DNA of 64,000 nt from Balanoglossus misakiensis (lineage: Eukaryota > Animalia > Hemichordata), in the NCBI GenBank assembly GCA_040954595.2, contig CM082582.2:558001-622000 (forward strand). The letters are read 5' to 3'. Positions within the stretch are counted from its first letter, which is position 1. Every line of letters begins with the position of its first letter. A program made the position numbers and the translations under genes. A model generated the notes under the pieces. That model had not been told where the DNA came from and ran no database searches. It was given only the letters and a program-made list of their open reading frames with translations. Shown here piece by piece: positions 43,618 through 56,200 of this stretch.

Positions 43618-46600
43618 CTCTGGAACGGTTTTCCACATGGCAGTATGCCGGTTGAACGTAGCAGTTTTTTTCCTTCTTGAGAACTCCCAGAACGTCACTG
43701 ATCTGCATAACATCACAAATTATTGCAATATTATACATCTTCTTTTGTGAATCACAGTTGACAGCTTTTATCATGACGACCAATCGGTTGATATCATCAA
43801 CAGACCATTCCTACAAGAAAAAATACGTTGAGTGTCATTAATAAAACTGTCATTGTGTAGTTGTACTCACAATGATAACTGTATATACAGTCAGTGTTGA
43901 CAAGAATGACACTGGCAGTTTCAACAAGATAGAAATAGCTGTTGTTCATACAGCGCAGTTAATGCCGGTCCCATATCATTTTTGTTATTAACCATGAACA
44001 CAAGTTGTAGACTGAGTGATATTCAGATATCAGTGAATACAATCACAGTTATATAGTTTTTAATGAGCTTTTAATCAAATTGATGGATTCATACCAGTGG
44101 AAGTACACGGGTGTAAGGTCATGAAGAGGTCATGGAAACGGCTAATTGGTTGCAAACATGTATGTGACAAGAGTAGAATTTTGAAATAAAAATAACTTAC
44201 CTTAGGCATATCAATCAATGTTAAGTCAATGCCAGAAAACCCTGGGCAGTGTTCCTTTAGGAGAACTGTATTTAAATTTTGGACAGCCTCTGAGATCGTA
44301 AAAGCATATGTCCCATTTTGGGAATATGCTGCAGCCTTTTTCGTGTTATCTTTGTACTTCTCCAACAGAAGCAACCGCTGACAGTAGTTGACAAATCCGT
44401 CTGGAATTCCTCTGGAGAAGGACAGCTTGGTAAATTCCTCCAGTCTCTCACGTTTTGCTTCTTTCGGAAATCGTTCAGTCGCTTCTTTCCACCCACCATC
44501 CAAACAGTTTGTCTGTTGACAAAAGCTCCTCTGTATAATGTCTAACTTTTTCAGAGTCGATGCCTCCTTACACATTTCAGCATATGACATAGTGCTGTCA
44601 ATTACATTTTCCAACAGCAGGCGCTGATCCTCAGTGTCTATACAGAAAAAGTCTTGGAGTTTGCTGTAGGGTAGAACAGGTCGATTCTTATACTCTTCTC
44701 CTTTTAACTTCTGGTCTTTGGTTGCCCCATCTTCATACATCTCTATAACAGACATCATCAGCTCAAAGTTTTCAACCATGGATGAAATCCCATAAATAGT
44801 TTGCATCATGGCACTGTTGACTCTCTGTAAAATGAAAAAAAAAATGATTACAAAATTGTTTTCATACAAGTATAGTCATAAAATCATACTACTTAGACCG
44901 ATTTCACACATATTTATAAGTAACTATAAATCAGTGGAATCCAAAAAAAAAAATCATTGAGGAATATTTGCCAATTTGTGTGAGGTGTTTATGTATTGGT
45001 TGTTTCGTCTGTTATTGTCAAATACTATACCTTGTCAAATTGATTTTCATAGAAAGCTAAAGCTCTATATACACAATGTCATTCATAATATTTTCTAAAT
45101 CATATTGGGACATCAATCAGGAGAGTTTTTGTACATGGTAAAAAAGCATTGAAAGCTCGAAGGAATTAGAGACATAAGATATCTATGGAGTAATTTTCCT
45201 TCAGGACAACATCGGGTCTGACTACAATCAATATAAGAAATATTAAAAACCACTGAAAACATGGTAAAGCTGCACAAATATAAATACATGTACTTGCCTC
45301 TTTTTCCCAATTCGCTTTGTCGTCCTCATTTCTTGTTCTTTCATAGAGTTCTCTACACACTTTGACCTAAAAACACAAGAATAGATTACAGCCATTATTA
45401 GTCAATACTGTGTGTACTAACATTTCATATTAATTAGTATCCCAGCAATTAATTGCTCCTGAATGCAAAGTGAGATGAAATGCAGAAGAATACCAGTTTT
45501 TTGTGTTAAAACAAACAAGCTCCAATGATAATCATTTTTGATATTGTGAACATGTCAGCCGATGGAACATCAGTGATCTCACAAAAAATCATATTTGTGC
45601 ATAAATAAAAAACTAAAGCTATATGAATTTTCTCCATCATTCAACTTCTGTCAGTGTTGTTTCAACTTTTTTTAAGAGTTTTTTTTTTTGGGGGGGGGGG
45701 GTGCAGATATGAAGTAGCTAAAAAGCATACCAGCTAAAAGATGTGTTTCAGAGTACAATCTTGTTGTTAAATTCAGGACAATAGTGACTAGGACAGAAGC
45801 CAATAACACTGCAATGTAATGTTTCTTACAATTCCTAAAACTTTATTTCCCAACATTGTCTTATCTGTGTTGAATTAGGATTTGATTTGTAATTGTCATG
45901 ATCATTATAACACTCATTCACATCACACACATTACCTTATCTTTAAAGCTCATCTTGCTGTGCTGTTGCATTGTGATGTTGTGTTGGTTGCCTAACCACA
46001 GTCTCTGCTCCTCATTCAAGTCAGCATACACCACAGCATATCTGGACTGCAGCTCTTCCCTATCGGGGTATTTTTCAGCCAGATTCTTTACAGCAAGATA
46101 CGAGTGTTGGTCTCCAATCACTTCGTAAGTGTAACCATTGACCTAAAATTTGCAATTAATATATACATTAAAATTAACATGGGTTATGAATCTAATTTTC
46201 AAATCAATCCAACCAGCAGTTTTCAAGATTTATACTGATCACTCTCATGTTTGTTTCAGCTAATATGATGGTAGTGTCAAACAAAATCTCAATCCAGTGT
46301 GCAACTAGAAAAATAATAAAAGATGATCCATCCATTGTTTCCAAAATATTTGTAGAGGAAACTATTATGTCATATACATGTACGCAAATGTACATTTTCC
46401 AGCCAATAGGAACTTAGCTTGCCATACATATCCCAAATAGGAGCAAAGAATATTATGGCATAACATATAAACCTGTCCAAATAAATCAGACTGATCATGC
46501 AAATGAACAATAAAACCACTGTCCTTGTTAGCCTTAGAAATAAGAAATAAATTGTATTACAGTAATATACATTTTTTGCACTTACATTGCTGTCTCTGAA

Positions 46601-49599
46601 GTTTAGCTTGGTTTCTCCCTTCAAAACGACAGCAAGTGGCTGATATGCTTCGTTGTAGAACTCCTCCATATACTCCTGAAGGTGCCTTACCCAATCTTCA
46701 TTTACTTCACGGATTTGTTTTCCAACTTCCATTGATTTGATGCTTATAAGATATGTTCCTATGAAATGGTGAAATATCAAATACCATTGTCAATTATATT
46801 CACAAAGATTACTCATAAAAACAGACAATCTTTTTCTGTATTGATATTGTTACTGTAAGTTACTGTTACAAGTTTATTGCTAAAATGCACACAATATTGC
46901 TTCAGCCGTGCACGTATTACAATATGGGACTTTCTAGCTGAATTTAGTTACCACCGTATAAAACAAGTCTTTCTAGAAAGATACAAGCTGCCACTTCTAG
47001 TGTCTAAGCTTGATTCACGTTTACATACCAATATGACAACTTCTGATACTTTTCTTCATCGCTTCGGTTTCTTTGTCAATTTCAGCAACCTTTTCGTGTA
47101 TTTTCTTTCGCTTTTGTAGAGATGGTATGGCCAGTGCTCTGGCTTGATCACACAGCCTTTTCCTCTTCCTTGATTTTTTTTTCCTTGGAGTTTGAGTTCT
47201 GGATAAAAGAAAAAATACACAGAATTACTTCTTTTTGTGAAGAAGCAAATTTTTAGATAAGTAGGAAAGAAACGTAGTTTCACGCATCTCAGACATCATG
47301 CATCATTCTTAAACACATTTTGAGTTCATCATTGTCATAAAAGTCTAGTGAGAGACTTATCAAGCAATATGTCCCTGATTATGTTGCAATTTCAAAGATG
47401 AAATGAACTCATGGTTTTAATCTAGAAAGAAAACATGACACATTTTGCATCTTTCATGACATGTCCATTGCCAGATATTTATCTGCTGTGTTCTGCTAGA
47501 AATTTACCTGTAGAAAATGTTAAAGCCAAAAATCATGTTGGACTCTCACAGGAATTTCAAGTCGTTCAAAAAATGTTTATAGGGATAAACTGTGTTTACA
47601 CCATCTTGGAAATTTGCAGTGCATTATGGGTCAATTGAGTTCCGGTTAGGGGGGAGTAGCGTCTACAACCTATCCAATTTTCCAGCGATTTTGTCAGATT
47701 TTCTTCAAGTAACGTTAGTAGTTGTAGTTACATGAAGAAAATTTGACTAAACCGCTGAAAAATTGGATAGGTTGTAGACGCTACTCCCCCCAAACCGGAA
47801 CTCAATTGACCCATAATGCACTGCAAATTTCCAAGATGGCGTAAACACAGTTTATCCCTATAGGGTAGGTTTGGTTACTTTAAACTGACAATATATTTGT
47901 GAGCCTCAACACTTACCCTGCGGTATTTGGTTCTGAACTAGGGTTATTTTCCTCTACACTTGGGCAATCTTCCTCTTCATCCATGTCATCTTCATCAGAC
48001 AATTCCACACTTGACACAGACATAGTACTGCACGGTGATGAACTTGTCTCCCCATCTTGATTTTTTTCCAATTCCAGCAGCCTATTGAACTCTTCTGCGA
48101 AGTCAACTGGAGTCTGATAATCTCGTAATTTCCGAGAAAATTCACTCTTGTTCCAGGTGAACGATGAACGAGAGAGCTTGAAGGGATTTTCAACTGGAAG
48201 GCTGAATACAATCTAGTATGAGAAATAACAGTTTGTTAGTGAACTATAGTTTCAAAAGTTACTACATCAAGCACAGCACCAACATAAATCTACACAGCTT
48301 AGCTTGAATGGTCTGGTAGTCTATGCACCAAAATAAACATGTTTTGCTTGCAAAGATGTTGCTGCAGTTGCCTTAGGGTTTGAGCGATGCTGTTATGACA
48401 TATGGGCAAATCCATCTTGAAAATCCCACAGCATTACGATATGATTATAAACTTAATCTGAACTCTGAATGATGGTTCTGTGGGAGAAAGATTGAAAATA
48501 GCGTTGTTTCTTGGTGCAACATCTACAATATGGCTCCAGTGACATGCCTCCCAGTTTACCCCTCCGATTGCCCCATAATGTTTTGCGATTTTTTAAAAGA
48601 ACCCTTATCATAGTCTTGGTTACCCAGACTCCTCTTTTTCTCCCTTTGGGCACTCCAGAAAGAAGGTCTAGGGGAAATACCAAGACTAAGCTTTTCACTG
48701 AGCCAATGGCCGGCCACGGCAAATAAGAAATTCACATGAACATACATGTATGGCATAGTCAGCAGCACAGTGGATTCCCAACAATACAAAACTGGTCAGT
48801 TTTTTTTTTCAATCTGTGGCATGTTATTGAATGTGGTTTATTGAATGTGGTCAGGTGCACAAGAAAAGCTAGAACTGATTTGAAAAACTGATTGGCCCAT
48901 GTATAACGCCCCTGCTTTAGCTGGGTATGTAGAGAACTACGCGAGGCCCTAGTGTTTTCTGGTTTCCAATTTTCAAAGACAATGTTACGCCAATGTTGTA
49001 CCTTTTTCGGGTCCCAAACACGTTCGACGACGTCACGTCGTCAGGTTAAAAGTCATTTCAAAGCCCGGGAACTCACATACCTACACAACGCAGGGCTAAG
49101 GCTATGACGTCATGATGCAAAACCCATACTTTTCATTAGCTTTGTGTACACGATCAACGCCGCTGGTTTGGGAAACGCGATCGTTGATCGAGTATTGCAT
49201 AGCCACATACGATTCAATGAATTTGAGTGGCCTGGAGCACAGTCGCCTGGGAGTTGGGTCGTAAACACTGCGCCGTGTATACGATCCAACTCCCAGTCGA
49301 CTGTGCCTAGTCTAGGGATACCACAAGCATTTGTAATGGCGCCCATTTTTGAAGTTGGCTAAATAAACGGATCACGACCGGAACTGAAGCAAGATAAGAC
49401 CTTAAATACTTACCTTGACAAAGTCATCGTTTTTTTCGGCATGGGCACCACTATCATAGGCTACAACTGTCCTTACTGCGCTGTATGGAGTGCTTTTCTT
49501 TTTCGGATGAAGTTTTGAGGGGCCACTGTCCTTGTAGTCGAAATATACAAACACGGCATCGTTTTCCCGTTCGAACCACCAACGGCGCGCTCTAGGCAT
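43618..49599 (-). pseudogene. Spliced gene encoding a ParB/Sulfiredoxin-like domain protein with a possible degenerate methyltransferase-like C-terminal region; 3' end lost in or beyond the satellite
   Basis: GT-AG exons at about 49599-49414, 48212-47917 (frameshifted), 47198-47029, 46758-46586, 46142-45936, 45366-~45296, 44824-44201 and 43810-43618. The joined peptide QIREVNEDWVRHL..QPLAVV..YEVIGDQHSYLAV..AVVYADLNEEQRLWLGNQHN..KMSFKDKV follows the ParB N-domain pattern. A later segment reads GIDLTLIDMP. Confidence 0.7.
47578..47862. mobile_element. Fold-back MITE (~285 bp, ~133-bp arms) in an intron of the ParB-like gene
   Basis: TATAGGGATAAACTGTGTTTAC...GTAAACACAGTTTATCCCTATA; the arms pair almost throughout with a ~15-nt loop. 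TA/TATA flanks. Confidence 0.88.
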
Positions 49600-50245
49600 T
49601 TTGGACAGGCAATCACTGAGCTCTCGTCGTGTTCTGAATTCATACTGTACAAGTTCAAGTTTATATACACCAACAAGAAGCCCATGTCGCCGACGAGGCT
49701 GGCGACGCTTTGCATAATTAAGTCAATCCGCATTGACATTTCACCTCCCAGGGAATATTTGCATTTTAAAGGTCATGGGGTCAGCCGTGGCACACACCCG
49801 TACACGTACATAGGATCTGGGAGTACATGTATTTGTGACTGCAAAAGTACTAATAATCGATATAGGCCTATACATTAAATAAATGTTTTAGATGTGTTGG
49901 ACAATATTTGCTGGTGTAATTAACACTCCTCCACTCTTCAACGGGGAAATCAGTAAATCAAAATGTATGCAACTGCATGATGCACCATATAGGGTATGAC
50001 CGTAATTGTGAACCCGAACATAGAAAGACAAGTCTCTTTATACAGTGTGGCAACAGCTACGTGCCCTCACCGTCCCTCCGAACGCCGGCCGAAGCCTATA
50101 CTAGTACTTAGTAAACTCTTTTTATTTCAACAGAAGGAGTTTGTTTTCCGTAGGTTCGTGTTGCGAAAAATAGGCCAAAGGCAGCCTTGCTGGCGAGAAT
50201 GAGAAATAAATGTGTTCCCGGTCACCCTAAAACTGTTTTTCTTGG

Positions 50246-50606
50246 GAGTTAGCTCTGCGTACAGGTCTGTGTGTTCCCGGCGTTACACGGTTACCGGTTG
50301 AGATAGACATATTGCATACAGGCTTAGGCCCAGGCCTACAGCGAGTTTATTTCCATGGGTAGGCCTAAACACAAAGGTTTTAGAAAGCGAGCGATTCGGA
50401 CGTTATAAGAAGTAAATCACATCATATTTGGACTTGTTTAGGTGTTAGAAGTAGACAGGGAAAGGATTTTCCCCCCGCAAACATCGAATTTCGGCTGAAA
50501 AGCTGCGGCCCGGACGCACCAGTTTTGTCTATGGAGCCGTGCAGGGCCGTGGTGGAGGCCGTGTAACGCCGGGAGCACACACACAGACCTGTACGCAGGG
50601 TAACTC
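50246..50606. repeat. ~45-bp imperfect inverted repeat separated by ~270 bp (degenerate MITE or regulatory structure)
   Basis: gagttagctctgcgtacaggtctgtgtgttcccggcgttacacgg (50246-50290) versus ccgtgtaacgccgggagcacacacacagacctgtacgcagggtaactc (50559-50606). Confidence 0.75.
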
Positions 50607-52456
50607 GGGAGTGAACTTTAATAAATGGGGTGAAAATCGGGTGTGATTTCAGATTGAGATCCAGGTTTAATGACACTTGTTTTTAATCGTTTATTTCTCC
50701 TTATATTTCATGTTTTCCCCCGACACAATATATATTTTCTGTTAGCTTTATAGGCCTACTTAATTTTCGGTTCTCTTTCTGTTTTGCGAAAATGCACAAT
50801 TTTCAGTATGTTTATTCAAAGAATTGTAAATAAAAAGACAGTGCCTCCAGGTGATCGACACCTGGATATATTGGAGAAAATAACTTACCATGGAATTTTG
50901 ATATTCACTTATTCACTTTTGTTTTCGAACAATGAGACTTTTGAATTGCCAACTGTCAATTTTTTGCATAAAAACGATCATAAATAGTACTTACTCACTG
51001 TGTTGTTATGTTTTAATGAAGTAGTATAATACTTGAGACTTGAGAACAAGCCATTTTAATCTAGAACGTTGTGCACGTTCATAAATCGGGGGAGAATCGG
51101 GGAAAACGACACCATTACTGACAGAGTACAATATTGATTTGTTATACAGCAAACACGGGGCTGTTAATCCCCGACACTGATAACTTCTCGAAATGACACT
51201 AATCCCGTTAAGTACACACTTAGCCCGTTAAGTACTAGTGTACACTTCTGAAAACCCATTTTTATCTTATTTTCTCACTCCTACAGTAACATGTTTTAGT
51301 AATTGTACATTTGGGGGTGTTTCATTGCTCTGTGCCCGGTAAATTAGTCTATGCCACGGAGCATGATGATCGGGTCCTGATGGAAGCCATAGTTGACAAT
51401 CATGCTGGAAGTCGCTTGACAAAGTATGCCTGTCAAACTTCCTGTTTTTGCTGCTAGCCTAACTTTCGAAAACTCAGATTTGCATATCTTGAAGTTATCC
51501 CCTGGGCTCCTGTGAATTGGTTACCAAACTTCAACACTAATCCGGTGACAATTAATCAGAAACGTTGGCTTCTCCAGATTTCTGGTAGGAAGCTACGGGG
51601 ATGACAGTAGGAATAGTTTTGGTTTTAGTCCCAGCTTAGCTACTCGCTTCAGAGGGATGAAATGGTTCGATATGAACGGCACTGTCCGCAGACAAAGCAG
51701 CGAAATGGGTTTTTCGAGCTTGACACTTTTATTTATACCACACTGTAATACGGAATGATCTGCAAGAAGTTTAAATGAAATGTTAGAATACAGAATACAC
51801 GATAGGGAAAGTACGGTACAAAAAACAGACTCTTACTTAGGCCTACCCCCACCCCCCTCAGGAGTTTACCACTCCAGTACCACGCATAACCAGCTGGTAC
51901 GCGCATGGTGTGAATAGGTGTGAATATTGGGACCAGGGTACCCCCCTGGCCTCATCATGTACTGGAGGTGTGAATCGGGACCCCTCGAAATAAACAGTTT
52001 GTATATAGTCTCGGTCCCAGGTGTTTCTAGACTAAACCTCACAGGCACCTCCAGGACTAAACCAATGATGGTTATCTCAGGTGTTTGGAGCGAGTGTGCC
52101 TATACGTATAAATGACAAATTTGTACAATTATTTGCCCATTCTTTAACTCGTTTGATGGTTTCATTTAGTTCGTTACTCATAGGAAAGTGATATTATTCA
52201 CTAGATCTTTAGAATGAGACGTACATATACATTTGGGTTGCCGATTGGCTACACCTACCCCCCCCCCCCCCCACACACACACACATCTGGAACGGTCGAA
52301 TCAGCTTCCGGTGGAAGGAAGCGAAATCTGTCTTTGCTGAAGGCGAAGGTTACTCCCGGCTGTTCACGTTCATACGTCAACATCGCTACGCAAACGCTCA
52401 CGCTCGCCATCGTTTACGATCGCATTTAACAGATATTTCTTGCATACCTACTTTTA

Positions 52457-53259
52457 GGCTGCATTCACAAACACCTCTGGAGGGGGGGGGGCGGGAGAAT
52501 TCAATTTCTTTTACCGCTAATTTTCACATGCCCCCCTTCCAAACTGCCAATATTTTCAAATCCCCCCTTTCCGAACTGCCAAAATTTTGAAATCCCCCCC
52601 CCATTTTCTTTCACAGAGCAAAACACATCACCTATCTATCTTGTAAAAAGAAAAACAGCACTCCCATGAAAAGAATTTGAAACTGATATTTCCCCTCATC
52701 AGTGGGTATTAAAACTGAACATTGTTTTTATTTTTTAAGTACATATATTTGTATTCTGTGTTTGGAGACATTGTAAACCGATAATTGAAGGGGGTGGGTT
52801 TGGGAGGGGGTGTTTACCTCCCACGTAAGAAATTTTCTAAAATACAGAGCTCAAAGCTGCATTTTAATGAACCCGGCAAAAGCAAATTAACTCCAACTAC
52901 CGGTATGTTGGGGAGGACAAATGTAACCGTCGCCGCTCAAAGTTATCATGGGGTGGGGGCAAGTCCCCTGACCTGGGACACTAGATAAACCAGTCAATGA
53001 TTGAAAGGTGTTGATGAATGGAGGGGGTGGGTGTGGGAGGGGGTGTCCCCCTCCCACATTAGAAAATTTTGTAAAATAAAGGGCGCGAAACTGCATTTTT
53101 GTGGACTCAAAATAAATATTTAGTCGTTAAAGTTTTCAAGTCCCCCCCTTTCAGTCCCTAAATTATTTCAAATCCCCCCCTTACATACCCTTAATTTTTT
53201 CAAATCCCCCCCTCAATTCTCCTGCCCCCCCCCCTCCAGAGGTGTTTGTGAATGCAGCC
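52457..53259. mobile_element. PIF/Harbinger-type MITE (~800 bp)
   Basis: TIR GGCTGCATTCACAAACACCTCTGGAGGGGGGG...CCCCCCTCCAGAGGTGTTTGTGAATGCAGCC; TTA TSD at 52454-52456 and 53260-53262; subterminal TTTTCAAATCCCCCC repeats. Confidence 0.88.
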
Positions 53260-56200
53260 TTAGTTCTTGTCTATCGTATTAATCGTCGTCGTTCGTCTGT
53301 CATCGTTTTTCTAGAAGGTTTTTGAGAGTTTTTTAAAGGCCAAAGACTTCGGAGCACTGCAGTGAAGGAGGTGAGTTGAGTTTTCAGTGTGTACACAATG
53401 TTTGTTACTTTCGCTCGGGCGAACCAGTTCTAACTCTTGTGTATGTCTGAATTTGCCATGTTTCTGTAAGTGAGACCAGATCAGAGTACACCCGAACAAG
53501 ATGGATTCAGTTATTTTGTCGATGATTTTGTTTTCTTTTCTTTTTAGTCACTTGTCTAATAACTCTTTTCACTTTCAGCGTCCAGTTTTCACACTTGACT
53601 GAAAGTAGGGAGTTCAGAATCCAATATGGCGGCTACACGAACTGCCGTACACAGTAAAATATTCCGTAGTTCTAAAATGACAATTTCTCGCTCTGACAAC
53701 TTGGCAAATTAGCTCATTGAAGTTATTTTCTATAAGCTGAGTAATTTTATTCACGTAATATATAGCATGCTGTGTTTTGTCTCCCTCGGGGAAACTTCCA
53801 CTTGGGCCGACTGCACACAATCGTGGACGAGAGCCAATAGGTACTAAGCTTTGAAAGTAGTTTCAAATGATAGCCAATGAGATTAGCTGTAATATGATAT
53901 TTTGAGCAATATTGACAGTTTTTGACCAAAATTCCATTAAAATTAGCGTATGCAGATGTGGATATCTGGAGAAGTAGTTGGCCGATTTGGATTTTTTTTT
54001 ACTTCTTTAATGAAGATGCAAAAAAATATTTCATGAAAAAAATGAGCTATCATACAGATAAAATTTTCACTGTACTCCCAACTGAAACACACCCCCTTCC
54101 AAATCCCCATGCGAACCAACTTGCTAATTGTTGTGACTTTTTTTGTAATTGTGCAAAGTTGCTGATTTGTCAACATTTTCGTTCTTTCCTTCTCGTGAAA
54201 AACTAAGTTAAACAACACCAAGTCCCTCTTTTGAAAGCTTGGATGTGAACTTTAAAAGCACAGGTTCGCACTTTCTTTTTATTTGTGTGCGACACTTATT
54301 AGCATAACAAACAGCAGGATGAGTATCACTTGTACTTGTAGTAGTTGTGTATGAAAGTCATATGCAAATTATGCTGGCACTTTCTCAAATTGTCTCCACA
54401 ATTCAGAAACAAAAATGATTAAGACTTTGGCACGAAGGTGTTATGAAAGGGGGCGTGGCGCATCTGTAACATGGGCTTGTTTCTGTGTTCTAATAGTCTA
54501 GTTTACAATTTCTCAGTCTAAGTTTACTACTCTCAAATTATAGTTTCATAGCCTAACTTGTTTACTACTCTCAAATTATTTAAAGTAGCTGATAAAGTGT
54601 CATGTTATATTTTTTCTTTCTTTCAGTGTATTTCCTGAGCTGTAGTTTCCAGTGGAAAGGGTTTGGTTAAACGTTTGGCCGACTTGTCTTTTATATTTAT
54701 AATCAGTGCAATTTTTATGTTTGTCAGTTTGTAATTCTACAAATTTTTGAGATACATATATTGTTTCCTCAACATCCCACAATACTTTTGTAAAAGTCAT
54801 TTACTCTGTCAGTGTTTTAGTCTTCTCTATTGTGTTTTCTTAATATTGATGTAATAGTGGTATCACTAACTTTTAATCTGTGACTATATATACTGACATC
54901 AGTTAAGTCTAACTGTTATTAATTGAATATTAATATTTTATCCTAATTTTGCTTGGACTAATACATTGTTTACACTTTTTATAATCCTAACCAGAGATTG
55001 TGTTTTTATTTTTTATAAACCTAATCTTAGATAATTATTTTTTGTGCTTTTCCATAATAAAAGTGTTGCTTTTTTTCCTGATATGGATAATTCTGATAAT
55101 CTAACTGTTGATCATTTCATGGAATGCACATTTACAGAGCAGGAGAAATTTCTAGGCCACAGAGGGATACGAGCAGATGATAAACAGGAGCAGCTGGCTG
55201 AAAACGAAGAAAAATGTACAGATGAAGAGTCAGACGTCAGAACAGACTGTTGGAGTTCCACGAGCGATTGCGGAACTGGTACCAGCATAGCCAGTTTTTG
55301 CCCAGGTCACCAAAACATTGTCAACTCGGACAGCATTCCTGAATGCTCCCGTCCTGCCTCCTTGGTCGCAGCCACTCTTTCTACTGCAAGCAGTTACACA
55401 ACAACAACAATAGCAACACATGCATTCTCAAGTGATGAGCCTGGCGAGCACAGTTCTGCAGATGGTGTCGTTGCCGAGAAGATGGAAAAAGACAGTGACG
55501 TGTCGCCTCCAAGAAAAAGATATCGTCGTTGCAGTCGCCGAATTTCCCAGCCATTGCGCAATTATACAACTGTTTACAATATTCGTTGTTGTGACTCGAA
55601 ATGCCTTCACTCATTCTCACCAAGCGAGCTGCGTGAAGAGGAGATGATGTTTAAAGACCTTGGCAATGAGTCGAGACAAAAACAGTTTATTATTGACACT
55701 CTCCGCCAGTTTTCTTCATTCACCTACTCAAAGAACAGAAGAAAGGCCATTGTCACGGACCTCAAAGTGCTTGGTAAGAAAACATGTGAACAAGCATGGC
55801 GTGAAATCTATAATGTTAGTGAGAAAAGATAAGAAGATTGTGTCAGACTTTTCCGTGACGGCAAGGTGAACATTGTACATGGCAACACACATATGAAAAG
55901 GTCAGCAGCCAAAACTGAGAGAGCCTTGTCGTGGATGCGGTTTTTATTTGAGCGAATCGGTGATTGGATGCCTCATAAGACTCAGGTAGGTTATTTCAAA
56001 TCCTTATTTTAATTGAAGTTTCAAAGCTTCAACTCATGTCTGACAAACTTTGCACCAGTAACAAGGTGTGTCACATCTTTTTGAAAGTGTGAATGATCTG
56101 TGTAATACAGATGGAATACAGAAATAATCTTTACCAGATATAATCAACCGATTGAATTGACCAATTTAGCTGTGATTTGAGAATTGTAGGGCCTTTGTGA

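Noticed and set aside
48453-48789. Possible additional exon of the ParB-like gene
   Set aside because: It lacks a canonical AG acceptor at the expected position and the frame is ambiguous, so it was left out of the model.
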